A stretch of 64,000 bases of DNA from positions 171,492,001 to 171,556,000 of the forward strand of contig OX597816.1 of the NCBI GenBank assembly GCA_951406725.2, written 5' to 3'. This DNA comes from Octopus vulgaris (taxonomy: Eukaryota). Made by a program: the position numbers and the translations under genes. Of this stretch, positions 1 to 15,315 are shown piece after piece (the stretch's first letter is position 1; each line of letters opens with the position of its first letter). The notes under the pieces were generated by a model that saw nothing but the letters and a program-made list of their open reading frames with translations, was not told the DNA's origin and ran no database searches.

Positions 1-379
1 ATGGTACAGGACACATGCAAATCTTTTCCTTTCTACCTCACCTTTAACCAAGTACACCAGTCACCTAACTGCCCTTCTAGCCATACAGCATGTACTGTGA
101 CGGTTGCCATGCAGCTTGCAAGATTATAAACCCCAAGGAAGGAAGGGGCAACTTTCTGGTAGGAGAATGAGGAGTAGAGATGGATAAATGTATGGGACAG
201 AAAAGGGCTGAAGTAGAATAGGTTTCTTGCTGTAGAGGAGCTACATGACTACTTGCATTTTGAAGAGAGGGTGGAGGTGAAAAGCAGTAAAAAAAAAATA
301 GTGGTAATGAGATGTCAGAGTGGCCCCTTGAGGTGTGAAGTGAATAGGAATGAATGGGACATTCCAAATGCTCCCTATT

Positions 380-820
380 ACCACATTCCTTCCAGGCTTT
401 CCAAACCAGCATCTGAGCCTTTACTGTCCCATCAACTTTATCCTTCTACTACCATGTTACTTTTGGTCGGTTCAGTTGGCACTTTGCATCAGTTGCAAGT
501 CTACTCTGTAACCTTTAGCAAGTTATTTTATAGAAATTCTCACCTTCCTTCTCCATGTTATCTTTTGTTTCTGTGACTGCCTAGCTCTGATCTGAAGTCA
601 CCAGCCTCTAACCTATGTTGCATAGTGCACTCTTCACCAAGAAAGGTTCTTATAATTATCAATAGTCCTTCTATCCCATTTCCTGATGAGAATGTAATCT
701 TTCTGACTTGTATGCTTGCCAGATTGGTAGGTGATGAAGTGGCTGGCCAATTTCTTAAGGTGCATGTTGCTTATGATTAGATTAGTTGCATCCTAGAATT
801 CAAGGAGCCTTACACCCTCT
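380..820 (-). mobile_element. Degenerate RTE LINE fragment (end of endonuclease domain)
   Basis: Minus strand near 575-650 reads TFLGEECTMQHRLEAGDFR, resembling RTE APE-domain GEEC..QHRLVV.DF. Frameshifted; boundaries approximate. Confidence 0.5.
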
Positions 821-974
821 TCATTTTTCAAACCATAACTATAACTGAAGATAAACAACAGCTTCAAGTAAAAGACAAATATTTAAGTCAGGTCAATCTA
901 GATTTGAACACAAATATTCATCAAATTGTCCATTAATTCAACTAGGCTGCTGTGGAGCCATACACAAATATCTA

Positions 975-1396
975 AAAGCACCATCCATTCGTGGCCGTTG
1001 CCAGTCTTGCCTGGCCCCCGTGCCGGTGGCATGTAAAAAGCACCATCCGTTCGTGGCTGTTGCCAGCCTTGCCTGGCCCCCTTGCCGGTGGCACATAAAA
1101 AGCACCATCCGATCTTGGCCGTTGCCAGCCTCGCCTGGCCCCCGTGCCGGTGGCACATAAAAAGCACCATCCGTCCATGGCCATTTGCCAGCTCTGTCTG
1201 GCACCTGTGCGGGTGGCACGTAAAAAGCACCCACTACACTCACGGAGTGGTTGGCGTTAGGAAGGGCATCCAGCCGTAGAAACACTGCCAGATCAGACTG
1301 GGCCTGATGCAGCCTTCTGGCTTCACAGACCCCAGTTGAACCGTCCAACTCATGCTAGCATGGAAAGCAGACACTAAACAATGATGATGATGATGA
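975..1396 (+). mobile_element. 5'-truncated RTE LINE 3' UTR with ~62-bp tandem units and (GAT)n tail
   Basis: About 4 units of GTGGCACGTAAAAAGCACCATCCG..., then GGAGTGGTTGGCGTTAGGAAGGGCATCCAG, ending CCAAC.CATGCTAGCATGGAAA...(GAT)n. Many copies in the window. Confidence 0.8.
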
Positions 1397-2075
1397 AAAT
1401 ATATACCAGTAAACATAGATCTATCTATAAGATATATGTCAGTAAACATATGGAGTGACAATAATTTCTTTTTATTAGGCATGAGGCCAGATATTGTAAA
1501 CAGGGAATAAGAGAGAGTATAAAAAAGTCAACATTGATACACCTAATTCTGGATATCATAAACTACTCTGTTGGCTCTTTACCAATCATAAAATCATCAC
1601 CAAGGAAGAATTTCTTGCACAGGCATGATTTTTTTTTTTTTTCAAGAGGGGAAGGGGGATAGGATGATGTAACATTTGTACCCTTCCAAAGAACTTTCAA
1701 AGTAGTATCAACTGAAAATGTATTTGACACTATGCCTGATAATATTTTACTGTTAGATACTGATTTTTTTAAAGATTTTATTCTTAAATTTTTTAATTGA
1801 ATTTCAGTTTTTTGTATACTTTTCAAGAGACTAATGATTTCCGTGATAGTACATTGTAATTTTAATCAAAATATGTTTACATGTGAAGGCAAAGATATTT
1901 TAACAATAGCTACTGTACAAGACATTCTTATGAACTTTTAAAAATGCTTAACAGTTTCATGATAATATTTCTAATCAAATTACACAGTGATTTTATAGGT
2001 TTCTATAAATTTTAAAAGTAATCAAGAATTTCATTGTATCTAGCAAAATAATTTTTACGTTAATTCCTATATTAA

Positions 2076-2293
2076 CCCTATAGCATTTAAGCCAGCGAAT
2101 AATCCAGCCAAAACAATCTGTTTTATTTTCAAACTAGCCAGATCTGGTTTCTCACACTTACCCTACTATATTATTCTAAAAATAAACAATCACATCATTG
2201 AAAACTCAAAGCTACAAGGTAATGCATGATTAATTCAAAACAGTGTGAATAAATAAGCATTACCTTTGACAGAGAAATCTGAATGCTAAAGGG
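2076..2293. mobile_element. piggyBac-like MITE
   Basis: TTAA|CCCTATAGCATT...AATGCTAAAGGG|TTAA. Related copies at 44112-44330 and 60453-60673. Confidence 0.75.
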
Positions 2294-3766
2294 TTAAGTT
2301 GGTATTTATTTTATAACAAAAAATTTCTTGTATAAAATTGTGACAGAAAGTTCAGTCTTAAAATAAAAACTTGAAAACAGATGCTTGCATCAATGAACCA
2401 GAGGTGATCTTTGGCAAGTTGCTTTCAAAAGTTAACTACAACTTAAAACTACTCACTACTTCACTGTTCTGGTATCAGCTGAAAGATTTTACAGGCTAGG
2501 ATGAGCAATGCCTTAGTCAGGCAATGATTTTTTTTTTAAAGAAAATGAACTATTTTAAGACTCCTTACTGTGTAAATGAACTTTTTAAAAAATTTTATGG
2601 ACTCATTCTCAATCATACAAGGCCACTTTTTCAGAAAATAAAAAGTAGTTTTTTAAACTATTTAATTTTACAAATTATGAGTCAATGCTCTTTAGTATTA
2701 GAATATAGAACTAACATTAGACATTTTTCTTCCTTCTTTTTTTTGTCACCTTTTTATAATAGTGGAAATCTATGACTTTGTGGCTGTTAAATATTTCTCA
2801 TTTGATACATATAATCAAAATAAAATTGTCAGACTTAGTCTGCCGGAAGTTTAAGTCAATGTTTGTCATACAACTGATGTTTCAATATATTTCCATTTGA
2901 AACATGGATCAATAATGTTAAAGTAAAAAGTAGACTATCACAAAAATGGTACTCTTATCAATATCTTTTTTTTTTTTCTTTGAATGTGGATATAATCCAC
3001 ATATAACTGCTCTAAGGTTATTTAACTAAATATATCCAATTTCCATTATTATTCTTGAAAAGAAAGAAGCAAAAAAAATAATATCTCGTCTTATCTAAGG
3101 GCTATCTAACTGTGATAACTGCATCCAACAGCAGAGAAAATAATGGAGATAAACGCTGACCTATTTTCCTTTTTCTTAATATATATATATCCACAGTTTC
3201 AAAGCTAACAAGATAGATATAGTTATAGAAATATTTTAAACAATGCAATATTAGTGGAACAAGTTCAATTATTACAATCAAATTACTGAAAGATAGTGTG
3301 CATGCATATGTTCTTAATTCCTTTTACAGACATCTGAGTTTTGTATGTGATCTCATTTTAGAAATACACAAAAGGGACAGTAGTTATAAAATGAGGTAGG
3401 CCCACCCCAAAAGATTTAAATCTAAGTTCCTCTATGTATGCTTGTTATCTCAAGTTACTATATAAAAGTATTCAAAGCCAGTACAAGCAGCAGGGGTTTA
3501 TATATAACCTACCAGATATATAAACTACACTTACAGCACAATAAACAGTGCAGTTGTTTCATCACGCATAAATTCCATTTATAGATAAAATAGATTGCTA
3601 AACTCCTTTTATGGATTGCTTGGGTCTCTTAACTGAAATTATCTAAAATCATCCAAGTGAATCATACTTTACAAATATTTAAAAATTAATTCTAAACAGA
3701 ACTAGTTTCGTTCTGCTCCATGACTAAATTGTACATTACTTAAAAAACATAGCATTTCTTAATTAA

Positions 3767-3988
3767 ACCTTTTGTTACAATATTTCTGTTGAGATACTCT
3801 GTGTTTCTTTCAATCAATTTTAAATATAACAAAGAATTAGTAAAATAATTTAGTTTATCATTAAGCTAGTGTTAGGAACATAAATTGTGACTAAGGTTTA
3901 GTGGAAGATTTTAATTCAGAACTTTTGAAAACAAGACAGTTGTACTACAGAACCAGAGGCAGTTTCAGGCGGGTTGGTATCAAAAGGG
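3767..3988. mobile_element. piggyBac-like MITE (second subfamily)
   Basis: TTAA flanks and AGGG terminus. Inverted homologue of 4924-5143. Confidence 0.7.
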
Positions 3989-4106
3989 TTAATGAAGGTT
4001 ATGTCTTTCATATTTCTGTCCAAACCAATTCGCCCCAATGGTTGCTGACTTTCTTTACTATGCTCAACTGAACTCATAATAAAATACCTCATCTACATTT
4101 GGGACA

Positions 4107-4499
4107 TATATGGATGGAAGCACTCCATCGGTTACGACGATGAGGGTTCCGGTTGATCTGAATCAAAGGAACAGCCTGCTCGTGAAATTAACGTGTAAGT
4201 TGCTGAGCACTCTACAGACACGTGTACCCTTAACGTAGTTCTCAGGGATATTCAGCGTGACACAGAGAGTGACAAGGCCGGCCCTTGAAATACAGGTACA
4301 ACAGAAACAGGAGGAAGTAAGAGTGAGAGAAAATTGTGGTGAAAGAGTACAGCAGGGATCACCACCATCCCCTGCCGGAGCCTCGTGGAGCTTTAGGTGT
4401 TTTCGCTCAATAAACACACAACGCCCGGTCTGGGAATCGAAACCGCGATCCTATGACCGCGAGTTCGCTGCCCTAACCACTGGGCCATTACGCCTCCAC
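4107..4499 (-). mobile_element. tRNA-derived SINE (octopus OR-like family)
   Basis: tRNA-like head GTGGAGGCGTAATGGCCCAGTGGTTAGGGCAGCG..GGTTTCGATTCCC on the minus strand. TSD ATTTGGGACA at 4097-4106 and 4500-4509. Confidence 0.88.
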
Positions 4500-4923
4500 A
4501 TTTGGGACAACACTGCATCTAAAGAAAACATCAATCCAGCTGACTGCCAAGGACTCACCACTGCTTTTACTACTGACAATACAATGTACACTGCAATACA
4601 GAGTTAGCTAGTTGCATACCAGCTCAACCCATGCTCACCTTTCTTTCTCCTAGGACCAACACTAACCACTTTTCCCAAACCTTTCTTGCCACCAAACCCC
4701 TAGAACTCCCTTCTCACCAACATTTTCTCTACAAGTTTTGACTGTATCAATCTCACCAGACTTGGAAGATTTGCAAATATCTTGGGCTCAGTTACTTTAT
4801 CCCAACCAAAACCATACAAGATGTTGAGAAAACTTCTTCTCCAGAGCTCAAAACAACTGAGACATGATAAACATTTTGAAACTAAACTTTTTGCATAAAT
4901 TCAAACCAATTCAACCAGTTTAA

Positions 4924-5143
4924 CCCTTTCGTTACCAACCTGGCTGAAACCGGCTCTGGCTCTCAGTATAAATGTCTTGTTTTCAAAAGTTCTGAATTAA
5001 AATCTTCCCCCAAACCTTAGTCACAATTTATGTTCCTAACATCAGCTGAATGATAACTAAGTTATTTTACTAAATTCTTTGTTATATTTAAAGTAATTGA
5101 AAGAAACACAGAGCATCTCAAAATAAATACAGTAACGAAAGGG
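4924..5143. mobile_element. piggyBac-like MITE (second subfamily)
   Basis: TTAA|CCCTTTCGTTAC...GTAACGAAAGGG|TTAA, a perfect 12-bp TIR. Confidence 0.82.
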
Positions 5144-5663
5144 TTAACCAATAAAACCTCATCTATGACTTTATTTCACTGATGATCTTGATTGTACTTA
5201 ATTTTTTGTATTTTTGGTTTTTTTTACACTTTTTACATACTGCAATTTAAGTAACATTCAATGACTACTAGTTTCAACTAGTTGCTAATAGTTGAAAGCA
5301 AGCCAAGACCACACACTCTAGCAATAAACAAATTTTCTTCATTTAAATCATTTCACACAAGAACAATGATAGCTGACTATTTTACAGAGTAAATCAATAA
5401 TACACTTCCATGCTAGAGCTTGTACTTTGTTGAATGCTAATTGTATGAAGTAAAATTGTAAAAATAAAAATAGCTCTTTTATTTAATATGCTTTTCTGAG
5501 AATTTTTCTTTTAAATGTGGCTTGTTATCTGATTTTAGCAGTTTTGTTGGATTATGGGACTTTTAGCAGTTTTTGCATAACTCAATTCACGCAAACTTAC
5601 TACCACCAACCCTTTCACCACTGTTTCACCCATCCTCTCTCTCTCAGAGCCCTCTTTCTTCAC

Positions 5664-5838
5664 AACTCACTTCACTAGACATATATCACAGTGTAAATGA
5701 GTATTTTAAAACTAATATATTTAGTAAAAGGATTTCCTTTTTAAAAAAACAGAACTCACTTCACTAGACATATATCACAGTGTAAATGAGTATTTTAAAA
5801 CTAATATATTTAGTAAAAGGATTTCCTTTTTAAAAAGA
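5664..5838. repeat. Two-copy 89-bp tandem duplication
   Basis: AACTCACTTCACTAGACATATATCACAGTG...GGATTTCCTTTTTAAAAA starts at 5664 and again at 5753, nearly identical. Confidence 0.9.
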
Positions 5839-6310
5839 ACTGCACTTAAAGTAACATTAACCACATAAAATGACTGTGGGAACTCTGTATGCATCTGGCA
5901 TCCGGGATATACTGAACATCACTTACATTAGAATTAATACATTTAATGCAGGAATCATTAAAAAGCTAACTAAAACATTCTCCTTGCTCATGTCTCCTAT
6001 GCTGACTCCTCTAGAATTTTCTCCCTGCTTATGTCTTACACACAGGAGTCAATTTATAACAGTTCAAGAACATTAGTATCATCAACGTCACCAGGACCAG
6101 TGAAGATCATGGTCACTGACCCTTCCTCAAGGCTCAAAAAGTAAAGAAAAAATTATTATAGTCGTGAGGAAAAAAATATTAGTGACTTTTTTTCCCCCCT
6201 TGCCAAGTAGGGGAGACGTGTTTTGGTCTAATGACCTCATCAATTGAAACATACTTCAAAATGCTAGTGATTATTACATAAACAAAACACCACCCTGAAA
6301 CAGTATTTAC

Positions 6311-6603
6311 GGTGGCACGTAAAAAGCACCATCCGATCGTGGCCGTTGCCAGCCTCGCCTGGCCCCCGTAAAAAGCACCATCCGTCCGTGGTCGTTTGCC
6401 AGCTCCGTCTGGCACCTGTGCGGGTGGCACGTAAAAAGCACCCACTACACTCACGGAGTGGTTGGCGTTAGGAAGGGCATCCAGCCGTAGAAACACTGCC
6501 AGATCAGACTGGGCCTGATGCAGCCTTCTGGCTTCCCAGACTCCAGTTGAACCGTCCAACCCATGCTGGCATGGAAGGCGGATGATGATGATGATGATGA
6601 TGA
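6311..6603 (+). mobile_element. 5'-truncated RTE 3' UTR copy
   Basis: Same sequence as 975-1396 with fewer units, (GAT)n tail. Confidence 0.8.
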
Positions 6604-7942
6604 CAGAATGGTGCATGTGTTATACCATGATTTGAATCCCTGGCATTCTAGACAATAGTCCCACAACCACAGCTGCATAGCAAAATTACTTAATTCTCCA
6701 ATGTCAGAGGTGTGAACCAATTTTAGGTTATTAGAACTGTTGGTTTTCTTTGTGTCTTGTTGATATTTTATTATATTGTTTAAGGCTTTTAACAAAATAG
6801 AGATGGTTTTATGCACTGAATAGAAATATAGATGGATAGGATATACATAAAAAAATAATAGGAACAGCTAAAATAGGGTTTGTACCCTCTCTGAGTTGAT
6901 CATAGTCATAGAATTCCATCTTGTGATTGCTTTTTCATCTTGTATATCTTCTTTTTCCACTGTCCTTATTCAAGTTGAGATTCCAATTATGAAAACAATT
7001 TTGTACTTCATTAGGCCTAAGATACATATATTGTGGGTGTTAGATTTAATCTACCATTAGGTTAGGTATTGGCTACCTTTTAGCAATCTAAACTGTTAGA
7101 AACATTTAGAGCAGGTCACCAATCTGTGTTCCTCCTCTGAATAAATCATAAAAATATCATAACAAAGATTCTAAAATCAATAATAAGCATTATTCACTAA
7201 TGAATTCATTATAAATTTACTAAAATCAATTTGTAAAACCCAAACTGCAACAAGACATACATGTTCATTGAACAGCCATATTTTGACATAAAAATACTGA
7301 GAAATAATGATTTAAGTGCAGTTTTTAAAGAGGAGATCATTGATGGCTACTGCTTAATATATTGGTTATAGAATATTCATCTACGCTGTACTCAAGAAGA
7401 TAGCCCAACACAACAGAATTGAGACCTTAAAACCAAGGTATCACATAAAAAGCATCGGTGATGTAACATAAAAAATACCCAGTACACCATAAAGTGGTTG
7501 GTGTTAGGAAGGGTATCCAGCTGTAGATACCAAACCAAAACAGTCTATGGAGCCTGGTACAAACCCCTAGCCTTGCCAGTACCTGTCAAGCTGTCCAGCC
7601 CATACCAACAACGAAAACAGATGTTAAATGTTGATGATTGTGTTATATAAAGTGAAGTGTGGGTTGTAAAGAAGGATGACTGAGAGAGATAATTGGTGAA
7701 ACATTCGTGAAAGGGATGGCAGTAAGTTTAAGCTAATCAACTGTTTGAGTTTTGGTTTCATATATATATATATATGAATAAATGAAAGAATGGAGTCGAA
7801 CGAAGATGTTAACAAAATTCCTTTACTCTCGACATATGTTTCGAAGACAGCATGTTTTCATTCCAAAGGAATCAATCTTCTCATCAGGAAAGAAAGGGAG
7901 CCTCTCTCGACAACAAGACAAACAAAAATTTCGATGATTGCC

Positions 7943-8005
<63 letters not shown>

Positions 8006-8294
8006 CAGCTCACTCACAAGTTTGATTTGGCAGCATGTACCAGGCTTTCACTAATTATCTTAGGTACCTATATAGTCATAGACACTCTCTTGGCCTTGCA
8101 ATCACAAACCCAATATACTAACCACTGGAAGTACCAAGTTTGTACGATTGTTGGTGTAGCAAAGTGGAATTGTTTAGAGAATGTATGATCTACCTGAAAA
8201 ACAATAGTTAATTCAGTATTAACTATTTAAGTTACCTTGTATTTAATATGCTAACTAGAAATAATTATGTTAGGATAAAGGAAGTTTAATCAAA

Positions 8295-8700
8295 CAGGAG
8301 TGGCTGTGTGGTAAGTAGCTTGTTTACCAACCACATGGTTCCGGGTTCAGTCCCACTGCATGGCACCTTGGGCAAGTGTCTTCTACTATAGCCTCGGGCC
8401 GACCAAAGCCTTGTGAGTGGATTTAGTAGACGGAAACTGAAAGAAGCCTGTCGTATATATGTATATATATATATATATATGTGTATGTTTGTGTGTCTGT
8501 GTTTGTCCCCCTAGCATTGCTTGACAACCGATGCTGGTGTGTTTATGTCCCCGTTACTTAGCGGTTCGGCAAAAGAGACCGATAAAATAAGTACTGGGCT
8601 TACAAAGAATAAGTCCCGGGGTCGAGTTGCTCGACTAAAGGCGGTGCTCCAGCATGGCCGCAGTCAAATGACTGAAACAAGTAAAAGAGTAAAAGAGAAA
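8295..8700 (+). mobile_element. tRNA-derived SINE with internal (TA)n (octopus OK-like family)
   Basis: GGAGTGGCTGTGTGGTAAG A-box, GGTTCAGTCCC B-box, CORE-like CCTTGGGCAAGT, AAAAGAGT tail. Repeated many times in the window. Confidence 0.85.
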
Positions 8701-9165
8701 AGAGTATTGTTTTCAATTTTTCAGTAAGCCTGTTATAAGACATTGCTGTAAATATTTCTTTGCAATATGTAACTGTATGAGGTGGAGAGTCAGAGCTAAG
8801 ATATTTTTCATCAATTTTATTTATCAACAATTGGATGCAATGGAGTACAGTGGATTCCGTTTCATTTCCCTGTTTTCTGAACTAGGTTAGCTATATAGGT
8901 TTAGTAAGTCAGATGATTTTAACCACTCTTTAAGGCCCTTACTTCAAGTATAGTGCCATGTGATTAGTCATCACTAATCGTGCCAAGAGACTTCAGGATT
9001 AAAATATTTGTAAAATATTCTAAACTACAAATAAGTGCCACTACTAGAGATACATAACTGATAAGTATCTTTTAGTTGTTGTTAGCCTTGATTGAGCAAA
9101 CTTATGACTAAACAGTACTCAAGATATGAAAATGTCTTTTTTATATATCAGGAACTACACTGTAG

Positions 9166-9586
9166 GGATCTTTTCGGTTTGAACGGCAGTTTCTTCTAGC
9201 GGTGTCATATGAAATTGTCACCCATAATTATGACCTCAGTATCAATCTATTGCATTTCAATCTGTGTTAGGGTTAGTTAGGGTTAGAGGTGGGGGGAAGG
9301 GTATCTTTTTTTCTTCACAAATGTAAATAAACCCAATCTGTTTCTTAAACGAGGGACATATTCATACGGCACAGAATGTTTTTTACCTCATTAGACGTCA
9401 GTGATTGGTTGAAATTGCAGAAATTGAAGAAAAAAAAAAACAAATATCTTACAAACTATAGAATTTTCTCAATAAAGCCAAGAGAAAAAGATGTTTTATA
9501 AACACATTCTACCAGTATACGAAGTTTAAAATTTTTCAGTTACCTAGAAATTATGTTAAAAACTGCCGTTCAAACCGAAAAGATCC
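9166..9586. mobile_element. MITE with ~26-bp TIRs, Merlin-like (GG...CC ends, 8-bp TSD)
   Basis: GGATCTTTTCGGTTTGAACGGCAGTTT...AAACTGCCGTTCAAACCGAAAAGATCC. Flanks CACTGTAG and CACTTTAA. Confidence 0.85.
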
Positions 9587-12112
9587 CACTTTAATTTACT
9601 GATATTCTCTTCGTAGGGCAATAATATGAAATGAAGGCAATGTAACTACTATTTCTAGCAGGTTGTGCAACCGTGCAGAGGTTCCCTCATTGGGTTTTCC
9701 CATGAAGCAGCTCTTTTTCTCAATTTAACTTGCTTCCCAGCAAACTGCTGTGACCCAGTTTTCACTCGTGGTTGTAGTAGCTATTTCATACACATTACTA
9801 AGGCTCTAAGGAGAAGTATGATCATCATAATTTCCTGTTTCCCCTTCTAACATATCTGAACCCTTGTGCCTATATGTAAGAAATCAATATCATATTGTTC
9901 TAAAGATAACATCTTAGGAAAACTCACATGCCTGCAAAATTGTTTCAGAAGGATAATATTGCATATATATATATATATGCTTTTGGATAGGTTGATATTG
10001 TTTAGTTGATCATTCTGACTCAACAGGAACCATGACTAACACTGTCAGGAAAGAGAAATTCTTCCCAAGTTGAATAATCAATAACTCAGATAACCAATAC
10101 ATGACTGTTCAATAAGTCATTCACACATGATGTTCTTTACCCGTGCTGACTATATAACTACATAATAGTATTTTTATTTAACTTAATGCAACTACAAAGT
10201 AAATGTGGACCTTAAATATAATATATACTTGTGCATACATGTGTACACTTGCATTTGATGATGAGTAACTTCAAAAATAATGTGGAGAAAAATAACTTAA
10301 TTTTTTTACTATTCCTCAAAAGATGCATTAACAAACCACGCTGCAGTGCTTTGGTTATGTACATTGCAGAGATCACATGTTCTTTAAATAAGCCATGTTA
10401 TATTTTAATACTTATATATATATATATAATATTGTTATATTTCGGAATGGTCATTTTGCCAGTTTAGTCAATAAAAACACATGCACTATATATTTGGTGT
10501 TATTTTGCTTCAGTGTTATTTATTTTTTACATTAATCTTAATCTTATTTTATTGGCTAAACTGGCAAAATGACCATTCCGAAATATAACAATATCTGTTT
10601 CAACACACGACTTCACATAAAAAATCTTGCACAACAAATATTTAAACGTATATAGATATATAATACATGGAGTGTAAAGAAGTTTGAACATGCAACCTAT
10701 ATGCTACAAGTTTGGAATTCTAATTTCTCAGCTAATGCTAATCTTTATGCAATATTAATCAAATTGAAATTGATCCCAGTTTTTTTTTTTTGGGGGGGGG
10801 GGGGTTCCTTTACTACAAAATGGTGAGCTCTTTAAGTGTTATTAATTCTTCTTCTCTCGTCAATACATATTTGACTCTGATAAATTGAATTAGTCACTAT
10901 CTCAAATTTCATACAAAGGAATCACTAGCCGATGGCGTCATGGAAGCTGACATTTTCTTCTTTATGAATCATAAATAAAATAAAGAATAGCTGAACTCGG
11001 TTTGTTTTTTTCTTTCTTTCTTTTCTTTTTTTTTTTTTTTTTTGGCGTGGAATTATCAATCACCTATAAATGTTGTCTCAGAAGTGCCAATAACTTGTAC
11101 AAAAATCTGAGATACATATCGATAAAATGTAAATCTAAGGAGAGAAATTACAAAAGAAAAAAAAATTAACTATATACTTTCTTATTCTTAAGGAGATCAC
11201 CAAAATCTCCTGTAATCCCCATCCTACCATATTTAAAAAGGAAGGACACGTTGAATAATGTAGTCCTAGGATATACCATAGCCGTGCGTTGGACAGAATA
11301 GTCAAGCGTGCAACGTCTATGATCATAAGTGTGCTTACCCTGAGCTAACATGGGACTAAACAAACCAACCGACGGAAATTTCTCATTTCCTTTATTTTTT
11401 TCTTACACATAATAAAGTCTAATATTATTTATTGTATTCCAGTAGATATGTAAAACTTACTTTAAGTTTCCAAGTAAGTTTTGGCATATTTTTTTTTAGG
11501 GTAATAAATTGTATGTGAAATCAATACAGAAGCTAGATGTTATTTAATCGATGTACAAAATGCGAGCAATTAATAGCATTTAATACAATTCTGGAGAATT
11601 TATCACCAGGGGAGGGAGAAAAAAAAAATCGCCCCCTCCCCTACGAAGACGCAAAGAGTTCTTTTAAGATCGAAGTTAAATGGGGGGGGGAGGGAATATG
11701 AATCATAGTCTGTCCTTAATTTTAATCATTCCATAAATAAATTTCACATCCAAAACCCCTAATCTAGGCTACAGTGTGACTCGTGCGATTAAATGTATTA
11801 AACGTCAAATGTCAATTGCATGCATTTATAAAAATCTAAATAAACTCGTCGTGTGCTTTGTGGTTGCGTGGTATACACCACGCCGGTTTGCTTCCTCATA
11901 TTTTTGTCTCCTTACTCCTAATTTATAGGATTAAAAAGAAAAAAGAAGTACATTTGTTATATAGCAGCATATAATATGACAAAAATTGTTGAAGCTGGCA
12001 GTCACTCACTCTAGTTTGCATCATTTCCAGAAGTGAGGAGAGAGAAAAGAAAGAGAAGTGAAACAGTAGTATTGGACTGATTCATTCGTCTCTGCTCCGT
12101 CAACAGCCCACG

Positions 12113-12143
<31 letters not shown>

Positions 12144-12491
12144 TCTATCTCTCTTTAGATTGTTGCCATTTAGTAGTCTGAAAGTTACTGATCACCAACC
12201 AGGAACACAAGACATAGTAGCATCTCCTCTCCACTTGCAACCGCTCTCTCACATTCCGACATATTAGTCACCTTCGGTCCATTCCCGATTTCATTTCATC
12301 CTTATTTCTTTTGTCCTAAACGTCTAAAAAAAATAATATTCCAATTTCAATACATTTTTACCTGCATTGTTTACTTTGCTTCAATCTCTCTCTTTGTGTG
12401 AGTGTGTATGTATGTATATATATGTATATATATATATATATATACATATATATATACATACATATATACATATATATATATATACAACCAG

Positions 12492-12522
<31 letters not shown>

Positions 12523-13095
12523 TACATATATATATATACAACCAGAGATGAAAAGGGTAAATGTTTTTATTTCTCTTTCAATTTCAGAATTACAACTATT
12601 TAGCGGTTTGAGTTTGGCTGCTCTTTCTAGCGAGTCGAATGGCCTATTAGGGCCATTCCTTATATTGTTGAATGTATATTATATAGTCTTTGACTATCTT
12701 TTCTTTCTCACTAGACCGCTGGTAGCGGAGAATTTTTTCCAGAATTTTTTTGCTACCCTTATATTTATTAATATATATATATATATACACCAGACACATA
12801 ATGTCACGAGAAATAAAACTTTATTTAATCTAGACTCTCCTTGCATTGGCGTGAAGTATTCACACTTTTCCAACATAAATTCTTCACATTTGCAGGCTTC
12901 ATCACTGATGTTCTTTTGTGTGGCTGTCGCAGTGTGTTGTTTCTTTTTATTTTTTTTGTTAATAGGAAGGGGCACATACCATTCAAGTAAAAATGTTGTG
13001 AGATTAAAGGATAGTGAATAGATTTTGTAAAGAAGTTGTGAAAACACCTCCGGGGTACATAAAGGTAACAAGTGCACACTCTCTCTCTCTGTTCC

Positions 13096-13100
<5 letters not shown>

Positions 13101-13147
<47 letters not shown>

Positions 13148-13380
13148 AAGAAAGAGAGAGAGATACAGAAAGAAAGAGAGAGAGATATAGAAAGAAAGAA
13201 AGAGAGAAAGAGAGAGAGATATAGAAAGAAAGAAAGAGAGAGATAGAAAGAGAGAGAAAGAAAGAGATAGAAGGAAAGAAAGAGAGAGAGAGAGAGAGAT
13301 AGAAGGAAAGAAAGAGAGAGAGAGAGAGAGATATATAGAAGGAAAGAAAGAGAGAGAGAATGAGAAAGAAAGAGATAAGA
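13101..13380. repeat. (GA)n / GAAA purine-rich microsatellite
   Basis: Seen directly. Confidence 0.95.
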
Positions 13381-13710
13381 ACTTTCCGAAGTAATGTCAG
13401 ATGCATTTCAGAATTTCATGGGGGGGGGGGGGAAAGTGGGGCTGGAATAAAGGTAATAACAAAACCAAGAGGACTGATCGGCTATTGTAAGATTTGCTAT
13501 ATGAAAAACTGAAAGTGCCGCAAGAAAACCCAGAATTATTGATAAAATATCTCTCATTAGTAATAATATAATTAACATTCATCAGAGCAGAAATTGTACG
13601 TGTTGAATTAAGCTAGAATCATAAGAGTAGCACCATAAGAACAGAGAGAAACAGTTTTTTAAAGATTTTTTTCTTCTTTTCTGTTGAGACAAAAGCAAAA
13701 TTCTTAGATC

Positions 13711-13916
13711 ATGTATATATACATACATATATATATATACGTATATATATATATATATATACATACATATATATATATACATACATATATATATATACAT
13801 ACATATATATATATATACATACATACATATATACATACATACATATATACATACATACATATATACATACATACATATATACATACATACATATATATAC
13901 ATACATACATATATAC

Positions 13917-13963
<47 letters not shown>

Positions 13964-14327
13964 CATATATATATACATATATACATACATATATATATAC
14001 ATATATACATACATATATATATACATATATACATATATACATACATATATACATATATACATACATATATACATATATACATACATATATACATACATAT
14101 ATATATACATACATATATATATATACATATATACATACATATATATATACATATATACATACATATATATATACATACATACATACATATATATATACAT
14201 ATATATATATATATACATACATACATATATATATACATACATACACATATATATATACATATATATATACATATATATATATATACATACATATATATAT
14301 ACATATATACATATATATATATACACA

Positions 14328-14368
<41 letters not shown>

Positions 14369-14611
14369 ATACATACATATATATATACATACATATATAT
14401 ATACATACATATATATATACATACATATATATATACATACATATATATATACATACATATATATATACATACATATATATATACATACATATATATATAT
14501 ACATACATATATATATATACATATATATATACATACATATATATATATACATATATATATATACATATATATATATACATATATATATATACATATATAT
14601 ATATACATACA

Positions 14612-14647
<36 letters not shown>

Positions 14648-14723
14648 CATACATATATATATATACATATATATATACATATATATATATATATACATAC
14701 ATATATATACATATATATATATA

Positions 14724-14755
<32 letters not shown>

Positions 14756-14845
14756 ATATACATACATATATATATATATACATACATATATATATATATA
14801 CATACATATATATATATATACATACATATATATATATATACATAC

Positions 14846-14882
<37 letters not shown>

Positions 14883-14888
14883 CATACA

Positions 14889-14938
<50 letters not shown>

Positions 14939-15079
14939 CATACATATATATATACATACATATATATATATATACATACATATATATATATATACATACA
15001 TATATATATATACATATATACATACATATATACACATATATACATACATATATACACATATATACATACATATATACAC

Positions 15080-15112
<33 letters not shown>

Positions 15113-15284
15113 ATATACATATATGCATACATATATATATATACATATATGCATACATATATATATATACATATATGCATACATATATATATATACATAT
15201 ATGCATACATATATATATATATACATATATGCATACATATATATATATACATATATGCATATATATACATATATGCATACATAT

Positions 15285-15315
<31 letters not shown>

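Noticed and set aside
975-1235. CRISPR-like regularly spaced repeats
   Set aside because: The intervening sequences are homologous to each other, the context is eukaryotic with no cas genes, and the array is part of an RTE 3' UTR.
898-1348. Recurrent ORFs such as DGAFYVPPA and MVLFTCHRH at several loci
   Set aside because: Antisense readings of the GC-rich RTE 3' UTR repeat, not a gene family.
1563-1826. 87-aa minus-strand ORF as an exon of the left-hand gene
   Set aside because: No recognisable homology, includes a homopolymer run, and has no convincing splice sites.
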